Source of the DNA: Squalus acanthias
Lineage: Eukaryota
Assembly: GCA_030390025.1 (NCBI GenBank)
Contig: CM059432.1
Location: forward strand, 9,300,001-9,364,000
Length of the DNA: 64,000 nt
Direction of reading: 5' to 3'
Shown here: positions 49,580 through 60,342 of the stretch, one piece after another
How the letters are laid out: every line of letters starts with the position of its first letter
Position numbering within the stretch: position 1 is the stretch's first letter
The notes under the pieces: generated by a model
The model's input: only the letters and a program-made list of their open reading frames with translations
Told to the model about the DNA's origin: nothing
The model's database searches: none
Program-made: the position numbers and the translations under genes

Positions 49580-50050
49580 AAAGTTAATTTGGAGTTTGGA
49601 TTTGAGGCCAACAAATACTGTCTTTCATGGCTGAAGCGGAACAAGATGAAAGATTGATATGCCGGGGAGACCAGCAGGAATCTGGGCCACAATCACCACA
49701 CGTTAAGAACACTGGGATATTTACCTTGACAAGAATATTCATCAAGAGCATCAAATGATTTCTTAAACCTTCACAGTGAATCTTTGTCAAGAAACACTCT
49801 GGACCAGTCTATGGATAGGAGTGAATGATGCCCATATTTGGCTCGCCGCACTGTCTTATATCAGTCGGTTTGGAATGTATTAGAACTTACACTAACATCC
49901 TCCCATCCGACCCACATAAGCTACTGAGTGAACGAATTAACCCCTTCTTACCAATTCATCAGGCAACAAAGTAATGAACTAACAATTTGGTAATAACCTT
50001 AGAATCACAGTTACCAGCACGTAAACATCTCACCAAGGCCCTGTGCAACT

Positions 50051-50586
50051 TTTTTTTTAATTCATTCACGGGATGTGGGCATTGCCGGCAAGGCCAGCAG
50101 TTATTGCCCATCCCGAATTGCCTTCGAGAAGATGGTGATGAGCCGCCTTCTTGAATACAACTGAATGGCTTGCTGTGCCATTTCAGAGGGGCAGTTAAGA
50201 GTCAAGCACATTGCTGTGGAGTCATATATAGGCCAGACCGGGTAAGGACGGCAGATTTCCTTCCTTAAAGGACATCAGTGAACCAGATGGGTTTTTACAA
50301 CAATCCGGGTAGTTTCATGGTCACCATTACTGACGCTAGCTTTTCAATTCCAGATTTATTTAGAATTTACATTCCCCAGCTGCCAGTGATGGGATTGTGA
50401 ACTCACGGCTCCGGATCATTGGTCCAGATTACTAGCCCAGTCACATGTGGGAGTACCTTCACCGCACGGACTGCAGCGGTTCAAGAAGGCGGCTCGCCAC
50501 CACCTTCTCGAGGGCAATTAGGGATGGGCAATAAATGCTGGCCTTGCCAGCGACGCCCAGATCCCAGGAACGAATTAAAAAAAAAA
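50051..50586. mobile_element. LF-SINE-like SINE (-, 50051-50445) head-to-head with the partner LINE 3' end (+, 50446-50586)
   Basis: Both carry the same tail, producing a ~100-bp inverted repeat. Confidence 0.8.
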
Positions 50587-50699
50587 TAACCACGATGCTA
50601 CTGTACCCCAACTGAAGCATAACTTCCTCCTCCATGTATTCCAGACCCATTGAGGTAAAAGCCAATATTCCATTGGCCTGTCTTATTACCTTTAGTGCC

Positions 50700-51005
50700 T
50701 GGGCACTGGGTGGTCAGCTGTATTCTACATAACTTTGCCCTGCAAAGGAGTCAACCCTTGGAGCAACCGCAGGGGGAAGAAGTGGAAGCACGTAAGAGCA
50801 GGTGGGTGACCAGGCAACCGAGGGTGCAGAGGAGAAGCAAGGGCCAGCAACTCTACGAGAGAGCAGGTAATAAATCGAGGCCCAGAAATTTGTCTCGGGC
50901 GGGTGGCGCAAAGCGGGCGGTATCGGATCGGCCGCCCGTTATACTCAGCGCCTGAGATTCAGTCCATTGCAGTCAGTGTAACTGAATTAACAGGCGCTGT
51001 GTGTA
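50700..51005 (+). mobile_element. Harbinger transposase C-terminal remnant and a Harbinger-type terminus at 50879
   Basis: VVSCILHNFALQR..EEVE, then TIR-like ggcccagaaattt. Confidence 0.6.
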
Positions 51006-51017
51006 ATGGGCCGATTC

Positions 51018-53386
51018 AAGACCAGAGATCAGGCCATCTTAGACTGGGTATTATGTAATGAGAAAGGATTAATTAGCAATCTTGTTGTACGAGGCCCCTT
51101 GGGTCAGAGTGATCATAATATGATAGAATTCTTCATTAGGATGGAGAGTGAAGTAGTTGAATCAGAGCCTAGGGTCCTGAATTTAAATAAAGGAAACTAC
51201 GATGGTATGAGGCACAAATTGGGTAGGATTGATTGGGGAATGTCACTCAAAGGGTTGACGGTGGATAGGCAATGGCAAACATTCAAAGACTGCATGGATG
51301 AACTACAGAATTTGTTCATTCCAGTGTGGCATAAAAATAAAACGAAAAGGGTGACTCAACCGTGGCTAACAAGGGAAATTAGGGATAGCATAAGATCCAA
51401 GGAGAGGGCATATACATTGGCCAGAAAAAACGGTAACCCTGAGGATTGGGAGCAGTTTAGGATTCAACAAAGGAGGACAAAGGGATTAATTAAGAAGGGG
51501 AAAATAGAATATGAAAGTAAGCTTGCAGGGAACATAAAAACTGACTGTAAGAGCTTTTATAGATATGTGAAGAGAAAAAGATTAGTGAACTCAAGTGTAG
51601 GTCCCTTGCAGTCAGAAGCGGGCGAAGTTATAATGGGGAACAAAGAAATGGCAGACCAATTAAATGCATATTTTGGTTCTGTCTTCACAAAGGAGGACAC
51701 AAATAACCTCCCAGAGATGTTGGAGAACATACGGTCTGATGAAAGGGAGGAACTGAAAGAAATCAGTATTTGCAGGGAAATGGTGTTAGGGAAATTGACG
51801 GGATTGAAGGCCGATAAATCCCCAGGGCCTGATAATCTACATCCTAGGGTACTTAAGGAAGTGGCCCTAGAAATAGTAGATGCATTGCTGATCATCTTCC
51901 AACATTCGATGGAATCTGGAACTGTACCCATGGATTGGAGGGTAGCTAATGTTACCCCACTATTCAAAAAGGGTGGTAGAGAGAAAGTGGGGAATTACAG
52001 ACATCGGTAGTGGGGAAAATGCTAGAGTCCATTATAAAGGATGTAATAGCTGAGCACTTGAAAAACAGTGACAGGATCGGACAAAGTCAACATGGATTTA
52101 CAAAAGGTAAATCGTGCTTGACTAATCTACTGGAATTTTTTGAGGATGTAACTGGGAAAATAGATAAGGGAGAACAAGTAGATGTGGTGTATTTGGACTT
52201 TCAAAAGGCTTTCGATAAGGTCCCGCATAAGAGATTAGTGTGTAAAGTTAAGGCACATGGGATTGGGGGCAAGGTATTGACTTGGATAGAGAACTGGTTG
52301 GCGGACAGAAAGCAGAGAGTAGGAATTAATGGGTCTTTTTCCGAGTGGCAGGCAGTGACTAGTGGGGTACCGCAGGGATCGGTCCTTGGACCCCCAGCTA
52401 TTCACAATATACATTAATGATCTAGATAAGGGAACTAAATGTAATATCTCCAAGTTTGCAGATGACACAAAGCTGGGTGGGAGTGTGTGCTGCGAGGAGG
52501 ATACCGAGAAACTCCAGGATAATTTGGACAGGTTGGGTGAGTGGGCAGAAGCGTGGCAGATGCAATATAACGTGGATAAATGCAAGTTTATCCACTTTGG
52601 TGTCAAAAACAGAAAGGCAGACTATTATCTGAATGGCAATAGATTGGGAGAAGGGGAAGTGCAACGAGACCTGGGTGTCCTTGTGCACCAGTCGCTGAAG
52701 GTAAGCATGCAGGCACAGCAGGCGGTGAAGAAGGCAAATGGTATGTTGGCCTTCATAGCGAAAGGGTTTGAGTATAGGAACAGGGATGTCCTGCTGCAGT
52801 TGTACAGGGCCTTGGTGAGACCACACCTTGAGTACTGTGTGCAGTTTTGGTCGCCTTATCTGAGGAAGGATGTTCTTGCCATGGAAGGAGTTCAGCGAAG
52901 ATTCACAAGGCTGATACCTGGGATGGCAGGAATGACATATGAGGAGATATTGGGTCGATTGGGCTTATACTCGCTGGAGTATAGAAGAATGAGAGGGGAT
53001 CTCATCAAAACATATAAAATTCTGACAGGTCTGGACGAACTAGATGCAGGAAGAATGTTCCCGATGGTCGGAGAGTCCAGAACCAGGGGTCATAATCTAA
53101 GGATAAGGGGTAAGCCATTTAGGACAGAAATGAGGAAGAATTTCTTCACCCAGAGAGTGGTGAACCTGTGGAATTCTCTACCACAGAAGGTAGTTGAGGC
53201 CAAGTCATTAAATATATTCAAGAATGAGTTAGATATATTTCTTAAATCTAAAGGTATCAAGGGATATGGAGAGAAGGCAGGTACAGGGTACTGAGTTTGG
53301 ATGATCAGCCATGATCTCATCGAATGGCGGAGCAGACTCGAGGGGCCGAATGGCCAACTCCTGCTCCTATCTTCTATGTTTCTATG
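51018..53386 (+). mobile_element. CR1 LINE, ~2.4 kb, relatively young (ORF2 in three long frames)
   Basis: ORFs 51006-52010, 52010-52417 and 52362-53294 run from the endonuclease end (SDHN) through RT to the stop; there are only two frame breaks. Confidence 0.97.
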
Positions 53387-53740
53387 TTTGAATATACTCA
53401 AAGACTCAGCATCCACAGCCCTCTGGGGCAGAGAATTACAAAGATTCACAACCCTCTGATTGAAGAAATTCCTCCTCATCTCAGTCTTAAATGGCCAACC
53501 CCTTATCCTGTGTCTATGCCCCCTAGTTCTAGACTCTCCAGACAGGGGAAACAACCTCTTAGCATCTACCCTGTCAATCCCCTTCAGAATCTTGTATGTT
53601 TCAATGAGATCACCTCTCATTCTTCTAAACTCCAGAGAGTTCAGGCCCATTCTACACAATCTCTCATCATAGGACAGCCCTCTCACTCCAGGAATCAATC
53701 TAGCGAACCTCCGTTGCACCGCCTCCAAGGCAAGTATCTC
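53387..53740 (-). mobile_element. CR1 fragment
   Basis: LALEAVQRRFARLIPG...FFNQRVVNL. Confidence 0.9.
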
Positions 53741-54631
53741 CAAGTGTGCTCTGGAGGGGTTCCCTCCTCTTCCTCTGCTCTAAATGGCCCCTTCATCTTT
53801 TGGTGGACCTGAAAAGGGAAGAGAGGGACAACGGTTAGTAGTTAATGGCAAGGATAAGCAGAGGCAGATGGGCAGCAGCTCGAAGCATCATCGCTCTGTC
53901 ATGCAGAGTATGTGAGGGGGAGATTTCAGTGAGCAGAGAAAGGAAATCAAGATTACATAGGATTACTTAGGATATACAGAACAGAAAAAGGCCATTCGGC
54001 CCAATCAGTCCATGCCGGCGTTTATGCTCCACTCGAGCCTCCTCCCGTCTTTCCTCATCTAACTCTATCAGCATAACCCTCTATTCCCTTCTCCCTCATA
54101 TGTTTGTCCAGCCTCCCCTTAAATGCATCTATATTGTTCGCTTCAACCACTCCCTGTGGTAGCGAGTTCCATATTCTCACCACTCTCTGGGTAAAGTAAC
54201 TTCTTCTGAATTCCCTATTGGCTTTCTTGGTGACTATCTTATATTGATGGCCTCTAGTTTTGCTCTTCCCCACAAAGGAAACACTCTTTCTGTGTCTACT
54301 CTATCAAAACCTTTCAGAATTTTAAAGACTTCTATTAGGTCACCCCTCAAGAAAAAGAGACCCAGCCTGTTCATCCTTTCCTGATAGGCAAGCCGTCGCA
54401 TTTCTGGTGTCATCCTTGTAAATCTTCTCTGCACCCTCTCCAGTGCCTCTATATCCTTTTTATAATAATGGCAACCAGAACTGTATGCAGTACTTCAAGG
54501 TTCGATACAAGTTTTGCATAACTTCTCTACTTTTCAATTCTATCCCGCTAAAAATAAACCCTAGCGCTTGGTTTGCCTTTTTTTTATGGCCTTATTAACC
54601 TGCGTCGCTACTTTTAATGATTTGTGCATTT

Positions 54632-55010
54632 GTTTTTTTTTTCTTATTCGTTCATGGGAATCACTGGCATTTATTGCCCTTGAGAAGGTGGTGGTGAGCC
54701 ACCTTCTTGAACCACAGAGGGCAGTTAAGAGTCAACCCCATTGCTGTCAGTCTGGAGTCACATATAGGCCAGACCGGGTAAGGTCGGCAGATTTCCTTCC
54801 CTAAAGGACATTAATGAACCAGATGGGTTTTTATGACAATCATGTTTCCATGGTCATTATTACTGAAGCTAGTTTTGAATTCCAGATTAAATTAATTGAA
54901 TTTAAATTCACCAGTTACCGTGGTTGGGATTTGAACTCACATCTCCGGATCATTAATCCAGGACCTCTAGGATTACTAGTCCAGTAACATAACCACTATG
55001 TTACCGTACC
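54632..55010 (-). mobile_element. LF-SINE-like SINE nested in CR1
   Basis: Same family as 37393-37808. Confidence 0.8.
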
Positions 55011-55489
55011 CACGATTTGTATTCTGAGGTCCCTTTGCTCTTCTACCCCATTTAGATGCTTGACCAAACACCCTGTGGAGCGTATCCTCCAGCCTCGCCA
55101 GTCGCCCATGATTTCCATGGCCGCCTCTTCTACTGGGGGACGGATGTGGATGCATGGTGGGCCCTCCTCCTGCCTGGGCTTGCTCCCTGGCGTTGTGTGC
55201 CCGCTCCTCCCACAAGAAGAAAGGGAGTGCGTTAGCGTGTGGCCTGGTGAAAGGTTGTGAGGATGTGCGCGCCAGGGTACAATCGTGTTGCTGGCGTGCG
55301 AAAGGTGGCACAGGTATGGGGAAGTGAGAGGGGTTTAATTGTGAAGAAGGTCGCAGGTGCGGACTGCGCAAGGAGCAGCAGAAGGAGGATCAGTGAAGTG
55401 TGTTGGAGGAGAGTGGTGGGAAGCGAGAGAGAGGAAGGCTTGTGAGTGCTAGGGGCTACAAGTGGTGCAGAGCTAAAGAAAGAAAGTCA

Positions 55490-55808
55490 AGAAATAACTT
55501 GCATTTCTATGGCACCTTTCAGGACCTCAGGAACTCCCAAAGTGCTTCACAGACAATGAAGTACTTTTGAAGTGTAGTCACTGTTGTCATGTAAGAAACG
55601 CGGCAGCCAATTTGCACACAGCAAGCCCCCACAAACAGCAATGTGATAATGGCCAGATATTCTGATTTTAGGTGTTTGATGAAGTATAAATATTGGCCAG
55701 GACACCAGCAAGAACGCCCCTGCTCTTCTTCAAAATAGTGGCCGTGGGATCTTTTATGTCCACCTGAGAGGGCAGATGGGGCTTCGGTTTAATGTCTCAT
55801 CTGAAAGC
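55490..55808 (-). mobile_element. Deu-domain SINE inside the Myb-gene intron
   Basis: Same family as 11150-11586, 5'-truncated. Confidence 0.8.
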
Positions 55809-56231
55809 AGAGAGTAAGAGAGATGTGAGTAGGAGTCTTACCTTACCAGTTCTGGTCAGATCATTCAACTTTTCTCAGCATTGCAACCAGGTCCTGGGTG
55901 CTATGCTTCTCATGTTCACCTGCTCCACCACCTCTGCCCACCAGTGGCGGGCAACTTGCCCGGGCACCCTTCTGCTGTCTGAGGGGAAGAGCCCCTCCTT
56001 CCTCCAGCTGGCCTCCTTCACCAACACCTGCAGAACAGGGTCTGAAAATCCCTCCTTGCACCACCTCTGCCCGCCATATCCACTGATCAACAGGAATTCC
56101 ATAGAATGTATGGCCCTGAAACAGGCCATTCGGCCCAACTGGTCCGTGCCGGTGTTTATGCTGCACACGAGCCTCCTCCCACCCAACTTCATTTCACCCT
56201 ATTAGCATAACCATTTCACTCTATCAGCAAT

Positions 56232-56655
56232 TAGAAACATAGAAACATAGAATCTAGGAGCAGGAGTAGGCCATTCGGCCCGTCGAGCCTGCTCCGCCAT
56301 TCAATACGATCATGGCTGATCATCCAGTACCCTGTCCCTGCTTTAATCCCCACAGTACACATATCCCACCCTACCCCCGTAACCCCACGTATTTAATTCC
56401 CCCTAACATATCCCATCCTATCCCCATAACCCCACATATTTAATCGCCCCTAACACTAAGGGTCAATTTATCACAGCCAAATCAACCTAACCCACACATT
56501 TTTGGACTGTGGGAGGAAACCGGAGCACCCGGAGGAAACCCACGCAGACACGGGGAGAATGTGCAAACTCCACACAGACAGTCACCCGAGGTCAGATTCG
56601 AACCCGGGTCTCTGGCGCTGTGAGGTACCAGTGCTAACCACTATGCCACCGTGTT
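56232..56655 (-). mobile_element. V-SINE (HE1-like) with CR1/HER1 3' tail
   Basis: On the minus strand: tRNA head cacggtggcatagtggttagcact...gggttcgaatc, V-domain gtggagtttgcacattctccccgtgtctgcgtgggtttcctccgggtgctccggtttcctcccaca, then a CR1 tail. Confidence 0.88.
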
Positions 56656-57392
56656 GTTAATTGCAGCCAAAGTACACCTCCCCTTTAAGAGGTGCAGGCT
56701 GCCTTCAAATGGCTTCACTGTGACCCGGTTTCCTCTTCCCCCCACAATCGGAAAGCTGCCAATCTTTTATCGATTGAGGCACCAGCACTATTTCTGCTCG
56801 TGCTTCTCCCCTCAGGTAATCGGGCATGCGGTCTGACCACTTTGTGCTGCTTTCCCCCACGAGGCTAGCATAGGAGCAGGAGTAGGCCATTCGGCACCCT
56901 CCCCTCCCCCCACCCCCGTAGCACGCAAAATGTCGTCAGGCAGAAAGACAGACACTGAAGAAATTCGCCACGAAAAGGTTTGCTTGCCTTAATTATCCGA
57001 CTATCCCTGCTGATTGAAGAATCAAGCCACATCATTTATACAAAGATATGAAAATAGGCTATGACATTCAATCATATCTGCTTGAGAGCTTACAGTGCCA
57101 GGAAATTGTTGCCCTTTATTTTCCAAACACTGCAGAATAATTTTGCTGGTGACTACTCCAAGGTCAAGCAGTATGATTCAGGTCAGCAGCTGTATCGCGT
57201 TGTGTCAGCCATACATATCCCTGATGATCAAATCTCCAACTCCCACACGGGCATCTCCCACCCCAGCATCCCATTCTCCACATTCATTTCCGGATCTTCG
57301 GCTGATGCCTTAAGGAATAATGCCATCATAAACAGTTTGGGGGAGACTAATGTTTGTAATATTAAGAAGCAAAAAGACTTGCTTTATTTAAC

Positions 57393-57962
57393 AACATAAG
57401 AAATAGGAGCAGGAGTCGGCCATTCGGCCCCTCGAGTCTGCTCTGCCATTCAGTAAGATCATGGCTGATCTTCGACCTCAACTCCACCTTCCCGCACTAT
57501 CCCCATATCCCTTGGTTCCCTTTGTATCCAAAAATCTATCGATCTCAGCCTTGAATATACCCAATGACTGAGCCTCCACAGCCCTCTGGGGTAGAGAATT
57601 CCAAAGATTCACCACCCTCTGAGTGAAGAAATTTCTCCTCACCTCAGTCCTAAATAGCCGACCCCTTATCCTGAGACTGTGACCCCTGTTGTAGACTCCC
57701 CAGCCAGGGGAAACATCCTGCTTGTATCTACCCTGTCAAGCCCGGTAAGATTTTATAAGTTTCAATGAGATCACCTCTCATTCCTCTAAACTCTAGAGAA
57801 TATAGGCCTAGTCTACTCACTGTCTCCTCATAGGACAATCCCCCTCATCCCAGGAATCAGTCTAGCTAACTTTCGTTGCGCTCCCTCTAAGGCAAGTATA
57901 TTCTTCCTTAGGTAAGGAGACCAAAACTGTACACAGTACTCCAGGTGTGGTCTCACCAAGGC
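57393..57962 (-). mobile_element. CR1 3' fragment
   Basis: ALVRPHLEYCVQFWSPYLRK plus tail. Confidence 0.9.
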
Positions 57963-58358
57963 CTTCCACATCCTCAGCACATCCCTAGACACTTGCGCAG
58001 ACAATTCATTCATTTTATTTTTGAAGTGCAATCACCTTTGCTTAGTTGGCAAACATGGCAACCAATATGTGCATAGCAAGATCCCACAACTAAGAGAAAT
58101 AAATAATCTGTTTTGGTGGTGTTGGTTGAGGGAGAATGAACAGGCAGGTTAGCTGGAGAACCCCCTATCTTCAGAGAGTGCAATGGAATGCTTTATATCT
58201 ACCCGAATAGGCAGCCAGGACATCAGTTTGAGATCTCATCCAAAAGCTCTTGACAATCCAGCACTCCCTCAGTGCTGCACTGGAATGGCAGCCTGGAACA
58301 GGGCTTCAACCCACAACCTTCTGAATCAGAGGTGAGAATACTACCAACTGAGCCAAGC

Positions 58359-59102
58359 TGAAGGGCCCTAATTGCCTACAATGTGACTTTGGCCTCACGG
58401 TCGAGGTCGCGAATTGACTAGAGACTTAACAGCCCAGTTAACAGGACACGCCCGGACTATGCCTCGAGACCAACGGAATGATGGGAAAGTTGGTCACGAA
58501 CTCAGATCAGCAGCGGTGGGAAAAGTGCTGACTGTGAAAGTGCTGAGAGTGAAAGACAAGTTCATCTGACTAACCGCATCATCCTGCTGAGCAAGCAAAG
58601 GAACTCGATAACCAGGAACCAGCTTGTGAGAAACAAGGGCTTGAGAACTGGTAAAGTCATCACAGCTGAGGACAAAGTGCAGGTGGCTTTGTAAATGTAC
58701 GTACGGAACAGAACAAAACCAACTTGCTGGGCGCGACTTGGCTTTTGCGCGCGAAGAGCTGTATTTAAACAGCCCGGGTTCAGCGGATAACTGGCTGATC
58801 TTGACAGACAGAAGAAGCAGGAGGTGGGAACGGTCACTCATCTCATAGACAACTACTTGGACCAGGGGAAGACTGACCGGACTGGTGATAGTGAGTATAC
58901 ACACGATAGTCTAAGTAACTAAGCGGAAGAGTAAGAAAACTGTTAGAGATTTACGCTTGATGAACCGTATGTGTGGGTTTAATAAAGGAACGACCATATT
59001 AAACAGAACTAAACAATCGGTTGCCGTGTGAATCTTCTTTCTCTCATTTATATCGTAAATCTAGAGTCTGAAACCCAGGTGGGGAAGAGAAAGATCCCTA
59101 CA
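58359..59102 (+). mobile_element. Solo LTR, 744 bp, 4-bp TSD AAGC, inserted in the head of an old Deu SINE (58030-59110)
   Basis: aagc|tgaaggg...ccctaca|aagc; TATTTAAA ~58762 and AATAAA ~58981; a second copy starts at 62964. Confidence 0.9.
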
Positions 59103-59584
59103 AAGCTGACAAGTAATTGTAAATTTTGCGAATGATACCAAAACATTGTTGCCAGTTGACTAAACTAAGGACATTACAGCATTCCAAGCTTCCTATTTGG
59201 CCCTAAGCTGAGCTTCTGCCCTCATATCCTTTCCGTCACAAAGACCGCCAACTTCCACCTCTGTATCATGGTCCACTTCCACACCTACCTCAGCCCATCT
59301 GCAGCTGGAACATTCATTCATGCCTTTGTCACCCCCCAGACTCGAGTATTCCAACACTTGCCTGGGCCGGGTTTATTTTGTGGGCCCAGGAGAAACGCTC
59401 CTGCTTATCCTGGCCCCGCGAAAACAATAAAAAAAAAGCTTTGTCCGGTTTCTGAGCGGCATCCAGCGGTCTCCTTCTAAGGACCGCCGGTTATGGCCGC
59501 TCGCTGCCGGTACAAATGAGCAGAGCATGCATATTACAGGTGGCCTCCGGCCTGAAACAGGTGGTCACCCCGGTTGCCCATCTC

Positions 59585-60123
59585 TGCCTTACCTGAGGAA
59601 GGATGTTCTTGCCATGGAGGGAGTGCAGCGAAGATTCACCAGACTGATACCTGGGATGGCAGGAATGACGTATGAAGAGAGATTGGGACGATTGGGCTTG
59701 TATTCGCTGGAGTTTAGAAGAATGAGAGGGGATCTCATTGAAACTTATACAATTCTAACAGGACTAGACAGACTAGATGCAGGAAGGATGCTCCCGATGG
59801 CGGGGGAGTCCAGAACCAGGGGTCACAGTCTAAGGATAAGGGGTAAGCCATTTAGGACTGAGATGAGGAGGAATTTCTTCACCCAGAGAGTGGTGAACCT
59901 GTGGAATTCTCTACAACAGAAGGCAGTTGAGGCCAATTCATTAAATATATTCAAGAAGGAGTTAGATATATTTCTTAAGACTAAAGGGATCAAGGGATAT
60001 GGGGAGAAAGCAGGGATAGGGTACTGAATTTGGATGATCTGCCATGATCGCATTGAATGGCGGAGCAGGCTAGAGGGGCCGAATGGCCTACTCCTGCTCC
60101 TATCTTCTATGTTTCTATGTTTC
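59585..60123 (+). mobile_element. CR1 3' fragment
   Basis: ORF 59527-60027 (YLRKDVLAMEG...). Confidence 0.94.
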
Positions 60124-60342
60124 TCAGGACCTTACCCATGATGGCAGTGGCCAAAGTGCTAGCATAATTAGGGCAGTAAGTGACCTGATGCCACGGTCAC
60201 CAGGTGGAGGCACTTAAAATCGTCCCCTCCTGACATTGTGGAGGATAATCTTGTTAATGACTGTCTCCAGTGCGCGGCAGCGGGCGTGACGCGCACTCGC
60301 ATGACGGGATCTCAACTCGACTATTTAAAGGGCCAATCCAAA

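Larger units (their letters stand above)
53742..56045 (-). pseudogene. Harbinger Myb/SANT-like (trihelix) DNA-binding gene, 3 exons, decayed and heavily interrupted
   Basis: Exon 1 ~56045-55842 FSDPVLQVLVKE...WAEVVEQVN..PRTWLQC*EKLNDLTRTGK|gtaag; exon 2 from 55209 EERAHNAREQAQAGGGP; exon 3 from 53808 after ttcccttttcag. Confidence 0.75.

Noticed and set aside
51006..53294. Long RT ORFs as an active gene
   Set aside because: 5'-truncated CR1 with two frame breaks and a small deletion after NYR; not autonomous.
57061..57399. 112-aa ORF in non-repeat DNA, and similar ORFs at 41099-42421 and 47060-47366
   Set aside because: No recognisable domains and ambiguous strand and frame; cannot be supported without homology or RNA data.
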